From: Gemmatimonadota bacterium
Lineage (GTDB): Bacteria; Gemmatimonadota; Gemmatimonadetes; Gemmatimonadales; GWC2-71-9
Length of the DNA: 31,162 bases
Assembly: GCA_039586365.1 (NCBI GenBank)
Contig: JBDHKN010000057.1
Span: 1 to 31,162, forward strand
Direction of reading: 5' to 3'
Shown: piece after piece, positions 9,438-19,752 of the stretch
How positions within the stretch are numbered: position 1 is the first letter of the stretch
Layout: each line of letters begins with the position of its first letter
Translations under genes and position numbers: made by a program
The notes under the pieces: model-generated
The model's input: the letters and a program-made list of their open reading frames with translations, nothing else
Told to the model about the DNA's origin: nothing
Database searches by the model: none

Positions 9438-10336
9438 CCGCGAAAGTCATCTCCGGCTATGTCCGGCGTGCCGGATTGGTTGACATCTTGGGCGCTGCGG
9501 GTGGGACCAACGTTTATGGTGAGACCCAGCAGAAGCTGGATGTCATTGCCAACGAGACAATGAAGCAAATGATCGCTTGGACGGGCCGGGTGTGCGTAAT
9601 GGCGTCTGAGGAAGATGAGGATCCGGTACCCATTCCCGCCGAAAACGCAGGAAAATACGCCTTGCTGCACGATCCGTTGGACGGATCTTCGAACATCGAT
9701 GTGAATGTCTCGATCGGGACCATCTTTTCCGTTCAAAGGCGGATTACCGAGAGTGGGCCGGGAACGCTAGCGGACTGTCTGCAGCCGGGCAGGAAACAGG
9801 TTGCTGCCGGTTACGTAATCCACGGATCCAGCACAGTGATGGTATACTCCACCGGAAACGGTGTGCATGCGTTCACACTGGATCCGACCATTGGCGAGTT
9901 CCGACTCATTAATCCGGACATCAAGACCCCACCGGTGGGTGACTACTACAGCATCAACGAGAGCTACTACCATCGTTGGTCGAACGGTTACCGCCGTGTC
10001 GTGAGCACTTTCAAGGGCTCCGACGGAGCAGACCATCGAAAGAATGCCCGCTACATCGGTTCCCTCGTGGCCGATTTTCATCGCAATTTGTTGTCGGGCG
10101 GCGTCTTCATGTATCCGGCCGACTCGGAGACGCCGGAAGGCAAGCTACGGTTGCTATACGAGGCCTCGCCTCTCGCATTCATTGCTGAACAGGCCGGAGG
10201 ATCGGCGTCGGACGGGACGACACCGATCCTCGACATCGAACCTCGGCAACTGCACCAGCGGACGCCTCTCCTCATCGGCAGCAAGGAGGACGTCGCATTT
10301 GTTGAGCGCACAATTGCCGAGGTGGATGGCCAGTGA
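9329..10336 (+). CDS. fbp: Fructose-1,6-bisphosphatase class 1
   Basis: [44 protein letters not shown] and GKLRLLYE motifs. GGAGG SD at 9317-9321 before GTG 9329. Confidence 0.95.
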   Translation: MPDRTVVTIERFVLEQEELHPQATGELTQLLYDIALAAKVISGYVRRAGLVDILGAAGGTNVYGETQQKLDVIANETMKQMIAWTGRVCVMASEEDEDPVPIPAENAGKYALLHDPLDGSSNIDVNVSIGTIFSVQRRITESGPGTLADCLQPGRKQVAAGYVIHGSSTVMVYSTGNGVHAFTLDPTIGEFRLINPDIKTPPVGDYYSINESYYHRWSNGYRRVVSTFKGSDGADHRKNARYIGSLVADFHRNLLSGGVFMYPADSETPEGKLRLLYEASPLAFIAEQAGGSASDGTTPILDIEPRQLHQRTPLLIGSKEDVAFVERTIAEVDGQ

Positions 10337-11895
10337 CCGAAGAGCGGCTTTCGCCCTCCGGCATCCCGGTCTATCCGCTCTACGGTCCCAATGATCACCC
10401 AGCCACGCGGGAACTCCCGGGTGAGTTTCCGTTTACCCGCGGCATCCATCCCAGCATGTACCGCGGACGGTTCTGGACGATGCGGCAGTACGCTGGGTTT
10501 GGGACGGCCGAAGAGACGAACGAACGGTTTCGCAGGTTGTTGGATGCGGGTCAGACCGGACTCTCCGTTGCGTTCGACCTACCCACTCAAATGGGTTGCG
10601 ATTCTGACACGCCGATCGCCGAAGGGGAGGTCGGCCGGGCAGGTGTTGCGATAGACTCGGCCGACGATTTAGCCATCGTGTTCGACGGTATCAAATTGGA
10701 TCAGGTTTCCACGTCGATGACGATCAACGCGACAGCCGGTATCCTCCTGGCAATGTACATCGTTGTGGCCGAAGAGCAGGGAGTGACCCCAAGGCAACTG
10801 AGGGGAACAATCCAGAATGATGTGCTGAAGGAGTACATAGCGCGTGGGACGTACATCTACCCCATCGAACCTTCCCTACGGCTCGTAACGGACATAATTG
10901 GCTTCGTTTCCCGGGAACAGATAGACATCAATCCGATATCGATAAGTGGCTACCACATGAGGGAAGCCGGAGCCACGGCGGTTCAGGAAGTGGCCTTCAC
11001 CTTCGCCAACGGTATCGAATACGTCGACCGCGCTGTGGCAGCCGGGCTAGATGTAAACGAGATTGCGCCAAGCATCTCGTTTTTCTTCGCGGCTCACAAC
11101 GATCTCTTCGAAGAGGTAGCCAAGTTCCGAGCGGCACGACGGCTGTGGGCCCGACTGATCCGAAAACGCTACGACGGTGACGACAGAAGCTGTCGGCTCA
11201 GGTTCCACACGCAGACGGGAGGATCCACGCTCACGGCACAACAGCCTCTCAACAACGTCGTACGCGTCGCCGTCCAGGCGCTAGCGGCAGTGCTCGGCGG
11301 GACTCAATCATTGCATACCAACGGCTATGATGAGGCTCTTGCTCTGCCCTCGGAAGATGCGGCTCGGTTGGCGCTGCGGACTCAACAACTCCTTGCGTAT
11401 GAATCTGGGGTGGCTCAAACGGTCGATCCTCTGGGCGGTTCGTTCTACATCGAATCTCTTACTGACATGATTGAGCAGGGGGCTGAGCTGTTGCTCGAGG
11501 CGGTGGCCGAAATGGGTGGAGCTGCCAGCGCCGTCGCCAGCGGCTACTTCCAAGAAGCCATAGCGAAATCGGCGTACGTTCATCAGCGGGCGGTGGAATC
11601 TGGAGATAGGGTTGTGGTGGGCGTGAACCGCTTTGCTGACGACGCGTTGCCTCCAGTACTTCCCGCTCCGGACTACTCCGAGCTTGCGAGCAAACAGAAG
11701 GAGCGTGTGCGAGTGGTGAGACAGAGGAGAGATCCAGTGAGGTGGAGATCTGCGCTGGATGCAGTGCAGAGTGCCGCACGGGGCACGGAGTCGCTAATGC
11801 CAAGCATACTCGATGCCGTGCGGGCTCGGGCCACTGTGGGGGAGATAAGTGACGCACTGCGGACGGTTTGGGGAACGTTCCGAATCCCGGGTTGA
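10333..11895 (+). CDS. Methylmalonyl-CoA mutase, substrate-binding large subunit (split type, no B12-binding domain)
   Basis: [63 protein letters not shown] and QSLHTN. No DxHxxG cobalamin motif; 520 aa. Confidence 0.9.
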   Translation: MTEERLSPSGIPVYPLYGPNDHPATRELPGEFPFTRGIHPSMYRGRFWTMRQYAGFGTAEETNERFRRLLDAGQTGLSVAFDLPTQMGCDSDTPIAEGEVGRAGVAIDSADDLAIVFDGIKLDQVSTSMTINATAGILLAMYIVVAEEQGVTPRQLRGTIQNDVLKEYIARGTYIYPIEPSLRLVTDIIGFVSREQIDINPISISGYHMREAGATAVQEVAFTFANGIEYVDRAVAAGLDVNEIAPSISFFFAAHNDLFEEVAKFRAARRLWARLIRKRYDGDDRSCRLRFHTQTGGSTLTAQQPLNNVVRVAVQALAAVLGGTQSLHTNGYDEALALPSEDAARLALRTQQLLAYESGVAQTVDPLGGSFYIESLTDMIEQGAELLLEAVAEMGGAASAVASGYFQEAIAKSAYVHQRAVESGDRVVVGVNRFADDALPPVLPAPDYSELASKQKERVRVVRQRRDPVRWRSALDAVQSAARGTESLMPSILDAVRARATVGEISDALRTVWGTFRIPG

Positions 11896-11952
11896 CCCTC
11901 CGCAAGGCCGCCACTAGGTTCGCTACTCGGTCTCCACAGCGGATGCATAGAG

Positions 11953-12225
11953 ATGCCGACATATTCGTACCGCTGCCCACATTGCGGGCACCAGTATGAC
12001 AGGTTCCAGAAGATCAGTGATTCTTCCCGGGTAGAGTGTCCGGAATGTCATGCGCTGGGCGAGCGTCAGATCACCGGCGGAGCTGGCATAGTCTTCAAAG
12101 GCTCTGGCTTCTACGAGACCGACTACAAGCGTGCGGGCGAGAAGAAACCTGACAAAGCAAAGCCTGAGGCAAAGACGGACGAGAAGAAACCCAAGGACAA
12201 ACCGAAGACCGGAGCGGACTCCTGA
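11953..12225 (+). CDS. FmdB-family zinc-ribbon regulatory protein
   Basis: MPTYSYRC..CG..........CPEC.......GAGIVFKGSGFYETDY with a Lys-rich tail. Confidence 0.9.
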   Translation: MPTYSYRCPHCGHQYDRFQKISDSSRVECPECHALGERQITGGAGIVFKGSGFYETDYKRAGEKKPDKAKPEAKTDEKKPKDKPKTGADS

Positions 12226-13871
12226 CCGTAGGAGCCGAGCGCCTTCGTGCCGAGTTACAGAGGGTCGCTGCGACTCTCGGTGCAGCGGACGCAGCTATCC
12301 GGCTGGACCCGCCGCGGGAGCCGCAGCACGGAGATTTGGCCACTAATCTGGCCCTCCAGCTCGCCAAACGACTGCACAAGAACGTTCGAGAACTCGCCGA
12401 GGAAATCATCTCACAGTTGGATCTTGCGGCGTGCTCCGTTTCCAGGGTCGAGATCGCAGGTCCGGGATTCATCAACTTTTGGTTGGGAGAGGCCGCCCTG
12501 TCCGACACACTGCGCAGGGTACTGGCAGACGGTGAGACGTACGGTCGCTCGAATGACGGCCGCGGCCGCAAAGTCAACGTGGAGTTCGTGTCCGCGAACC
12601 CCACCGGACCGCTGCACGTTGGTCACGGTCGTGGCGCAGCGCTGGGGGACGCCATCGCGTCTCTCCTGCAAGCAACCGGCTGCGAAGTGACTCGAGAGTT
12701 CTACGTGAATGACGCTGGTGTGCAGATTGACCGGCTGGCGAAGTCGCTATGGGTACGGGTGCAGCAGGCGGTCGGCCGCCCTGCTCGAGTCCCGGAGGAT
12801 GGATACCACGGCGACTATGTCAAGGATTTAGCTGAGGGAATAATCGCGGCCGAGGGGACGGACTTCGCCGACCGAACCCCAGAAGAAGGCATGGGCCGGT
12901 GTCGGGAGATCGCGGTCGAGATCCAGAGACAGGAGCAGGATAGGGATCTCCGGGAATTCGGTGTCGAGTTCGACGTTGTGTACCGCGAGAGCGATATGTA
13001 TGCCGGGAACAAGGTTGATGAGGCTCTCAGGGAACTGACCGAGAGGGGCCTCACGTACGAACGGGACGGTGCGCTGTGGCTCAAGACGTCCGAATACGGT
13101 GACGAGAAAGACCGTGTCCTGCGGAAGCAGGACGGCTCGTACACATACTTCATGCCGGACATTGCCTACCATCGGGACAAGGCAGCCAGGGGGTTCGATC
13201 TGGCAATCGACGTTTGGGGGGCGGACCACCACGGCTATGTGAACAGGATGGCGGCCGCGGTGCAGGCCATCGGACAGCCGCCGGGTTTCTTCAAGGCGGT
13301 ACTGGTGCAGCTCGTGCGAGTCATGCGACACGGTGAGGAAGTGCGGTTCTCCAAGCGGTCTGGGACGTTCGTGGCGTTGCGGGATTTGCTTGAGGAGACC
13401 GGCGTGGACGCAGCTAGGTACTTCTTCCTGATGCGCAGGGGCGACGCACAGTTCGTGTTCGATATCGACCTTGCCACGAAGCAGTCTGACGAGAATCCGG
13501 TCTATTACGTGCAATACGCACACACGCGAATGGCTGGTATCCTACGCACTGCCAAGCTCGAGCCGGCTGCAATCACCACCGACAGTGTCGATTTGGCGCT
13601 ACTAGTCGAAGATGATGAACAAGCGATCATCAAGCATCTGGCAGAGTATCCCAAGACCGTTGCCAGAGCGGCAGAGGCGCTTGAACCTCACCGCATAGTC
13701 GTCTACGTGGAAGAGTTGGCGCGGTTGGCCAACGGTTGGTACCATCGTCACAGGGTTGTTGGATCGGGAGGAGATCTCGAACGCGCCCGATTGGTTCTCG
13801 TCCGCGCGGTTCAGATTGCGTTGGCTAACGGACTACGTCTACTGGGCGTAAGTGCCCCGGAGCGGATGTAA
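12222..13871 (+). CDS. argS: Arginine--tRNA ligase (probable CTG start at 12222; first canonical start 12336)
   Basis: VEIAGPGFINF, EFVSANPTGPLHVGHGR (HIGH-like), WGADHHGY, FSKRSG and NPVYYVQYAH. The frame stays open upstream of 12336 with ArgS-like sequence (IRLDPPREPQHGDLATN). Confidence 0.93.
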   Translation: MTVGAERLRAELQRVAATLGAADAAIRLDPPREPQHGDLATNLALQLAKRLHKNVRELAEEIISQLDLAACSVSRVEIAGPGFINFWLGEAALSDTLRRVLADGETYGRSNDGRGRKVNVEFVSANPTGPLHVGHGRGAALGDAIASLLQATGCEVTREFYVNDAGVQIDRLAKSLWVRVQQAVGRPARVPEDGYHGDYVKDLAEGIIAAEGTDFADRTPEEGMGRCREIAVEIQRQEQDRDLREFGVEFDVVYRESDMYAGNKVDEALRELTERGLTYERDGALWLKTSEYGDEKDRVLRKQDGSYTYFMPDIAYHRDKAARGFDLAIDVWGADHHGYVNRMAAAVQAIGQPPGFFKAVLVQLVRVMRHGEEVRFSKRSGTFVALRDLLEETGVDAARYFFLMRRGDAQFVFDIDLATKQSDENPVYYVQYAHTRMAGILRTAKLEPAAITTDSVDLALLVEDDEQAIIKHLAEYPKTVARAAEALEPHRIVVYVEELARLANGWYHRHRVVGSGGDLERARLVLVRAVQIALANGLRLLGVSAPERM

Positions 13872-13874
13872 CAG

Positions 13875-14801
13875 GTGTCACTTCTTATTGTGGGCAGTAT
13901 AGCACTCGACTCTGTGCAGACCCCGTTCGGGTCGAACGCTGATGCCTTGGGGGGCTCGGCTGTCTTCTTCAGCTATGCAGCAAGTCTGCTGCACCCGGTG
14001 CAGGTGGTTGGGGTCGTCGGAGACGACTATCCATACGAAGCGCTGGACAGATTAGCTGAGCGCGGTGTGGACATGCGTGGTGTCGTACGCGTGCAGGGCG
14101 AGAGCTTCCGCTGGAAGGGCAAGTACTCGTACGATCTACAGAATCGAGAGACGCTTGAGACGAGACTCGGCGTGTTCGCCGAGTTCAACCCCCGAATCCC
14201 GGATGGATTTCGGAACGCTGAGTATGTCTTCCTCGGCAATATCGATCCCGAGCTGCAGCTCGGTGTACTTGGACAGATACACCGGCCCAAACTGGTTGCG
14301 TGCGATACGATGAACTACTGGATTCATAGTAAACGCAGCGCTCTGCTCGAGTTGCTTGGCAAGATCGATGTACTAATGGTGAACGATGCTGAAGCGCGGG
14401 AGCTCTCGGGGGACTGGAACATCTATCGAGCCGCTCGCTGGATACTGGGCCATGGGCCCCGGATTACGGTAATCAAACAAGGCGTGCACGGCGCGGTGCT
14501 TGTCGAGGAAAACGGGATCTTCTATGTCCCCGCATTTCCGCTTGAAGAGGTGTTTGATCCCACTGGAGCGGGCGACTCGTTTGCAGGAGGTTTCATGGGT
14601 CATTTGGCTCGCACTGATGATCTGTCACCTGCGAATCTGCGTTCTGCGATGGTGTACGGTGCTGCCATGGGGTCCTTCGCTGTCGAACGCTTCTCGACCC
14701 AGCGATTCGAGGAAATCGGTGTTGCTGAGGTGTCGGAACGTGTCCATCAGTTTGGTGATCTGGTGCGCTTTGAGGTGGAGCCATCTCTCGAGCTGAAGTA
14801 G
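13875..14801 (+). CDS. PfkB-family carbohydrate/nucleoside kinase
   Basis: VGSIALD, LGGSA, VGVVGDD, VNDAEA, KQGVHG and the DPTGAGDSFAGG anion-hole motif. Confidence 0.88.
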   Translation: MSLLIVGSIALDSVQTPFGSNADALGGSAVFFSYAASLLHPVQVVGVVGDDYPYEALDRLAERGVDMRGVVRVQGESFRWKGKYSYDLQNRETLETRLGVFAEFNPRIPDGFRNAEYVFLGNIDPELQLGVLGQIHRPKLVACDTMNYWIHSKRSALLELLGKIDVLMVNDAEARELSGDWNIYRAARWILGHGPRITVIKQGVHGAVLVEENGIFYVPAFPLEEVFDPTGAGDSFAGGFMGHLARTDDLSPANLRSAMVYGAAMGSFAVERFSTQRFEEIGVAEVSERVHQFGDLVRFEVEPSLELK

Positions 14802-14879
14802 CAACGCCTAGCTCTACTGTTCCTCTTGCCACTTTCCCCAACTACTTTGAAGTAGGGAAGGAGGGGAGGGTGCGGATCT

Positions 14880-15905
14880 ATGACCACCGCAGATAGATAT
14901 AGAGCGGCCGGAGTTGACCTCGCCGCAGCCGAACAAGCCAAACAGCGAATCAGGGCGGCCGTGACCTCCACGCACACACCACTGACGATGGGGGGATTTG
15001 GTTCTTTCGGAGGGATCGTCCGCCTTCCTGAAGATGTGGATAGACCGGCACTCGTGATGAGCACTGACGGTGTCGGCACCAAGGTTCTCGTGGCGATAAA
15101 AGCGGGGCGGCACGATACCGTTGGCGAAGACCTGGTGAACCACTCGGTGAACGATATCCTCGTGCACGGTGCTAAACCTCTTGCGTTTCTCGACTACATC
15201 GCCGGTTCACTGCTCGACGTTGAGACGATCGCGGCGCTGGTTGACGGTGTGGCGCGTGGTTGCCGCATGCACGAAGTGGCGCTGGTGGGTGGTGAGACGG
15301 CCCAGATGCCTGACATGTATCACCCTGGCCATTACGACCTCGCTGGCACGATCGTGGGAGTCGTTTCGGCGGACGCTGCATTGCATGGTGACCGCGTAAG
15401 ACCCGGTGATTTGCTTGTGGGATATGCATCGTCGGGTCTACACACCAACGGTTACACACTTGCTCGACGTATCCTCTTCGAAGACATGGGACTCGAGATC
15501 GACAGTGTACTCCCGGGCTTGGAGACGATGGTTGTGGAGGAACTCCTCAAAGTTCATAGGAGTTATTGGAGCGCGATTAGCCCGGTGATTGCTGAAGTGA
15601 ACGCGTTGGCTCACATAACCGGGGGAGGCATAGTGGGAAACCTGAGTCGGCCGCTGCCGGCGGGCTGTGGAGCGCGGATGGAGCGATCGGCGTGGGAAGT
15701 ACCTCCCGTCTTCCGAGTACTCCAAGACGCTGGTGCAGTTGATGCGGCGGAGATGTTGCGAGTGTTCAATATGGGCCTCGGGATGATTGCGGTTGTGCCG
15801 GGCTCGGGAGTGGAACCGGTACGGAAACAGGCCGAGTCGGTGGGAGTGAAGACATGGGTGGTTGGAGAGGTCGTGGGAGGGGAAGGCGTGGAGATTGGTG
15901 ACTAG
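14880..15905 (+). CDS. purM: Phosphoribosylformylglycinamidine cyclo-ligase (AIR synthetase)
   Basis: Y..AGVD, GSFGG, STDGVGTK, VNDIL..GA.PL.FLDY, GGETAQMP, SSGLHTNGY, AHITGGG and FNMGLG. Confidence 0.95.
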   Translation: MTTADRYRAAGVDLAAAEQAKQRIRAAVTSTHTPLTMGGFGSFGGIVRLPEDVDRPALVMSTDGVGTKVLVAIKAGRHDTVGEDLVNHSVNDILVHGAKPLAFLDYIAGSLLDVETIAALVDGVARGCRMHEVALVGGETAQMPDMYHPGHYDLAGTIVGVVSADAALHGDRVRPGDLLVGYASSGLHTNGYTLARRILFEDMGLEIDSVLPGLETMVVEELLKVHRSYWSAISPVIAEVNALAHITGGGIVGNLSRPLPAGCGARMERSAWEVPPVFRVLQDAGAVDAAEMLRVFNMGLGMIAVVPGSGVEPVRKQAESVGVKTWVVGEVVGGEGVEIGD

Positions 15906-15985
15906 ATTGCTCAACAATGGATGGGCCTTCTCACGGCGCGTGGTCGCTGGGATGAGGCGAATTAGCGGCTGAGCGACGGACTCCG

Positions 15986-17068
15986 ATGGACGAATACCAG
16001 GCGATGCGGCGAGCAATGGAACTCGCACTCAAGGGCTGGGGTCGCGTCGCTCCTAATCCATTGGTTGGTGCCGTGCTACTCCGCGATGGCCAGGTGATTG
16101 GGGAAGGGTACCATGCAGAATTCGGTGATTCGCACGCGGAGGTCGTTGCTCTGGCCGCTTGCGATCAACCTCGCGGAGCGGTTTGCGTAGTTAACCTCGA
16201 GCCCTGTGCACATCTGGGCAAGACTCCTGCCTGCAGTGAAGCGCTGAAATCAGCTGGAATAGGCCGTTTAGTCTTTGCCACCGCCGACCCCAATCACGCT
16301 GCTGGAGGTGGAGCCGAGTTGCTTCGCTCTGCTGGAATCGAGGTCGAATCAGGTGTCTGCAAAGAAGCCGCAGCAGCGCTGAACGCGCCGTTTCTGTGGA
16401 GTGAGGTGCGACGCGAAAGGCCCTTCGTTGCTCTCAAGCTGGCGATTTCGCTCGATGGATTCCTCGCGGACAAGGGGGGTAACTCTCAGTGGATCTCGAG
16501 TCCGGAGGCCCGTGAGCACGTGCACTGGCTGCGTGCCGGGTATGATGCAGTCGGAGTGGGTCGGCGAACGGCGCAAGCTGATAACCCCTGGCTCACGGCA
16601 CGGGGTGCCGTGGTCCCCCGGATTCCGCCCACCCGTATCGTCTTTAGCCGATCAGGGTCTCTCAGTACTGACCTGCATCTCGTCAGGACAGCCGAGGACG
16701 TCCCCACGATATTGATCGTTGATGATGACAAGGCCGCTGCAGCGCGGAACGCGATGGCAGACACCGGAGTGGCCGTGATTGGTGCCAGGGGTCCAAAACG
16801 CATCCTAGAGGCTCTCAGAGGTGTGGGGATAAGATCACTCCTGGTTGAAGGTGGGGGGGAGCTAGCGGTCAGTCTGTTGGAGGCGGGTTTGGTGGATCGG
16901 CTGTTCCTTTTCCAGGCACCCCTGCTGCTCTCACAGGGGCTGTCGCCTTTTCCCACTACCGATCCTGTCCTACTGGACGCGGCTGAGCGGTGGATCCCAG
17001 TCGAGCGCAAGGCCTTCGGTGATAGTAACTTACTGGTGCTTGATAGGAAGCTATGTTTACTGGAATAG
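15986..17068 (+). CDS. ribD: Bifunctional diaminohydroxyphosphoribosylaminopyrimidine deaminase/reductase
   Basis: PNPLVGAV, HAE, LEPC.H.GKTPAC deaminase zinc motifs; K.A.SLDG, DNP.LT.R and VEGG reductase motifs. Confidence 0.95.
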   Translation: MDEYQAMRRAMELALKGWGRVAPNPLVGAVLLRDGQVIGEGYHAEFGDSHAEVVALAACDQPRGAVCVVNLEPCAHLGKTPACSEALKSAGIGRLVFATADPNHAAGGGAELLRSAGIEVESGVCKEAAAALNAPFLWSEVRRERPFVALKLAISLDGFLADKGGNSQWISSPEAREHVHWLRAGYDAVGVGRRTAQADNPWLTARGAVVPRIPPTRIVFSRSGSLSTDLHLVRTAEDVPTILIVDDDKAAAARNAMADTGVAVIGARGPKRILEALRGVGIRSLLVEGGGELAVSLLEAGLVDRLFLFQAPLLLSQGLSPFPTTDPVLLDAAERWIPVERKAFGDSNLLVLDRKLCLLE

Positions 17069-17670
17069 TGACTGAGATCGGAAGAGTATCGGTGGTCGAG
17101 CGGGAAGCCGACCGCCTGTCCTTTACAATAGAGGCGCCCTACGACGACTTGGAGGTGGGCGACAGTATCGCCGTGGGCGGCGCCTGCCTCACGGTCGTGG
17201 AAAGGACTGCAACCTGGTTCAAAGTCGAAGCAATCGTGACGACGCGGAGTCGGACATGGTTTGGCGAATTGCAGGTCGGAGACGAGGTCAATCTCGAACG
17301 AGCTCTGAAGGTCGGTGATAGATTGGGCGGTCACTTCGTGCAGGGACATGTTGATGCAGTAGGGAACGTGCGAGGGGTAAGGGAGCAAGCCGACGCACTG
17401 CTTCTCGATGTTTCCGTACCCCGCGAGATTGCGGAGCTAACGGTACCGCACGGTTCGATCGCCATCGATGGAGTGAGTCTCACCGTCAACGAGGTCCCAG
17501 ATCCCAACGTCGTGCAGGTGGCTCTGATACCGTATACGCTGCAGCACACGACACTGGGCAAGTTGCAGCCGGGAGATCCGGTGCACCTTGAGGGTGACAT
17601 GATAGGCAAGTTCGTACGCCAACTTCTCCGCGACCGAGGTGAGGTGAGCACTGGAGGAGACGGTAAATGA
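17053..17670 (+). CDS. ribE: Riboflavin synthase alpha chain
   Basis: MFTGIV N-terminus, GDSIAV.GACLTV, VNLERAL..GDRLGGHFVQGHVD and GSIAIDGVSLTVN. Confidence 0.95.
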   Translation: MFTGIVTEIGRVSVVEREADRLSFTIEAPYDDLEVGDSIAVGGACLTVVERTATWFKVEAIVTTRSRTWFGELQVGDEVNLERALKVGDRLGGHFVQGHVDAVGNVRGVREQADALLLDVSVPREIAELTVPHGSIAIDGVSLTVNEVPDPNVVQVALIPYTLQHTTLGKLQPGDPVHLEGDMIGKFVRQLLRDRGEVSTGGDGK

Positions 17671-18872
17671 GTTTTGCATCCATAGAACGGGCCGTCGCCG
17701 ACATAAGAGCGGGACGACTCGTTGTAGTTGCCGACGACGAGGACAGAGAGTGCGAAGGTGATCTCATCGGATCGGCGGTGTGTGTGAAACCCGAGACGAT
17801 CAACTTCATGGCGAAGCACGGACGCGGATTGATCTGCCTGACTCTGCTCCCCGAACGCTGTGCGGCGCTCGGGCTGCCTCAGATGACTGAAGACAACAAT
17901 GAGTCTTCGGAGACGGCTTTCACAATAAGTATCGATGCTGCAAAGAGGTTCGGTGTAACAACGGGCATTTCGGCGGCGGACCGGGCCAAGACAATACAGG
18001 TGGCGATCGACCCAGCGACGGCTCCGGCTGACCTGAACCGGCCGGGGCACGTATTCCCCTTGAGGGCTCGACCAGGTGGCGTACTGCAGCGAGTGGGGCA
18101 CACCGAGGCCAGTGTGGACCTCGCGAGGTTGGCGGGCCATTATCCGTCCGGTGTGATCTGCGAGATAATAGCCGACGACGGGACCATGATGCGGCGTGCT
18201 CAACTTGGGGCTTTTGCCAAGGAACATGGCCTGGCCTTCATTACCATAGCGCAGCTGGTGTCGTACCGACTCCAGAACGAGCGGTTGGTCCATCGGATTG
18301 CTGAGGCTAGGCTACCGACTCCGTATGGCGAGTTCCGCATCATCGGCTACGAGAACGATGTCGATCGTTCTGAGCACGTGGCGTTGGTTTTTGGTGACCT
18401 TCAGGGACGAGATGACGTCCTGGTGCGAATGCACTCGAAATGCCTGACGGGTGATGTTTTCGGCTCGCATCGCTGTGACTGCGGCTGGCAACTTCGGAGT
18501 GCCATGGCTGCCATTGCGGATGAGGGAGCGGGAGCCGTGGTCTACCTGGATCAGGAGGGTCGCGGGATAGGACTGCTCAACAAGCTGAAAGCGTACGAGC
18601 TGCAGGACGCCGGACACGATACTGTTGAAGCCAATCAGAGGCTGGGTTTCCCCCCTGACCTTCGCAATTACGGGATAGGTGCCCAGATCCTAATGGATCT
18701 GGGCCTGACTTCCATTCGGGTGCTAACAAACAATCCCCACAAGCTGGTAGGGTTGGAGGGATATGGACTCCAGATCGTGGGGAGGGTCCCGCTAGTTGCC
18801 GATCCCACGATCGAGAACCGCTACTATCTAGCCGTAAAGCGCGACAAGCTCGGTCACCTCTTTTCTCATTAG
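17667..18872 (+). CDS. ribBA: Bifunctional DHBP synthase / GTP cyclohydrolase II
   Basis: [33 protein letters not shown]; then [41 protein letters not shown] and LTNNP.K. Confidence 0.95.
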   Translation: MSFASIERAVADIRAGRLVVVADDEDRECEGDLIGSAVCVKPETINFMAKHGRGLICLTLLPERCAALGLPQMTEDNNESSETAFTISIDAAKRFGVTTGISAADRAKTIQVAIDPATAPADLNRPGHVFPLRARPGGVLQRVGHTEASVDLARLAGHYPSGVICEIIADDGTMMRRAQLGAFAKEHGLAFITIAQLVSYRLQNERLVHRIAEARLPTPYGEFRIIGYENDVDRSEHVALVFGDLQGRDDVLVRMHSKCLTGDVFGSHRCDCGWQLRSAMAAIADEGAGAVVYLDQEGRGIGLLNKLKAYELQDAGHDTVEANQRLGFPPDLRNYGIGAQILMDLGLTSIRVLTNNPHKLVGLEGYGLQIVGRVPLVADPTIENRYYLAVKRDKLGHLFSH

Positions 18873-19352
18873 ATGCCTCATTCGGTAGCCGCCCCCTGGG
18901 CCCTGTACGGACGAGCCATCATTGTAGCCAGTCGCTTCAACGAAGTGGTGTCTCGCAAGCTCCTCGACGGCGCGAAGAGTACACTGCTGGCCGGGGGATT
19001 CTCCGAGGCCGACGTGGAGATAGTGTGGGTCCCTGGGGCGTTCGAGCTCCCAGTCGTTGTGCATGGTGCTCTCGCCACCGGAGAGTATGCGCTCGCCGTC
19101 GCGGTGGGCGCCATCATCCGGGGCGAGACACCACACTTCGACTTCATCGCAGGAGAGACTGCGAGGGGGTTGGCTGAGGCTGCCACACGTTATTTGGTGC
19201 CTGTTGGATTTGGGGTGTTAACCTGTGATTCAATGGGCCAAGCGCTGGCACGGGCTGGTGGAGCGGCCGGAAACAAGGGGGAAGAGGCCGCACAAGCTGC
19301 CATGGAGACGGCGCGGGTCCTGCAGCGGTTCGATCGGGGTGCTGAGGACTGA
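18873..19352 (+). CDS. ribH: 6,7-dimethyl-8-ribityllumazine synthase
   Basis: SRFNE, VPGAFELP, IRGETPHFD, FGVLT and GNKGEEAA. Confidence 0.93.
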   Translation: MPHSVAAPWALYGRAIIVASRFNEVVSRKLLDGAKSTLLAGGFSEADVEIVWVPGAFELPVVVHGALATGEYALAVAVGAIIRGETPHFDFIAGETARGLAEAATRYLVPVGFGVLTCDSMGQALARAGGAAGNKGEEAAQAAMETARVLQRFDRGAED

Positions 19353-19752
19353 ATCCAAGATCCGTGCTCGGGCATTACAGCTGCTCTACGCCTGGGATGT
19401 CACTAACGCCCTCTCGCTGCGGGTGATTGCCGCTGGGCTCAGCAATCTCGCCGGGCGGATGATCGACGTGATCACGGCTGCAGAACTCCTGGCTGAAGCC
19501 GTGGTTGCGGACGTCAACCGCCTCGATGCTGAGATCGGCTCAGCCGCCGACAACTGGCGGCTGGAGCGAATCGGAGCAGTCGAGCGCAACATTCTCAGGC
19601 TGGCTGTCTATGAACTGCATGTTCGTGCGGTCCCACCCCGGGTGGCTATTAATGAAGCCATCCAGCTAGCTCACTGGTTTGCAGGTCCGAAGGCACCGGG
19701 CTTCGTTAACGGCGTGCTAGACACGATAGCCCGGAGAATGGGCTGCCTGTGA
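19339..19752 (+). CDS. nusB: Transcription antitermination factor NusB
   Basis: RARALQLLY, W.LERI..VERNILRLAVYEL, VAINEAI.LA..F and FVNGVLD. Start set to GTG 19339; the ORF-track extension overlaps ribH. Confidence 0.9.
   Translation: MLRTESKIRARALQLLYAWDVTNALSLRVIAAGLSNLAGRMIDVITAAELLAEAVVADVNRLDAEIGSAADNWRLERIGAVERNILRLAVYELHVRAVPPRVAINEAIQLAHWFAGPKAPGFVNGVLDTIARRMGCL

Noticed and set aside
11896..11952. CC-GCAA-GG tetraloop and GACC/GGTC pairing after the mutase gene
   Set aside because: Stems are too short to support an RNA element or terminator.
12139..12225. Repeated GAGAAGAAACC and a possible -1 frameshift fusing FmdB to ArgS
   Set aside because: The repeat reflects the Lys-rich protein tail; there is no canonical X-XXY-YYZ slippery heptamer, and the CTG start is a simpler explanation.
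15906..15985. Possible FMN riboswitch before ribD
   Set aside because: The gap is only 80 nt and lacks the AGGGC..GGTGAAATTCCC..ACCGGCGGT consensus; only a weak GTCGCT/AGCGAC pairing is present.
17331..18293. 320-aa minus-strand ORF, and similar long antisense ORFs at 6319-7191, 16486-17388 and 23727-24449
   Set aside because: They lie opposite well-conserved plus-strand genes and show no protein family features.
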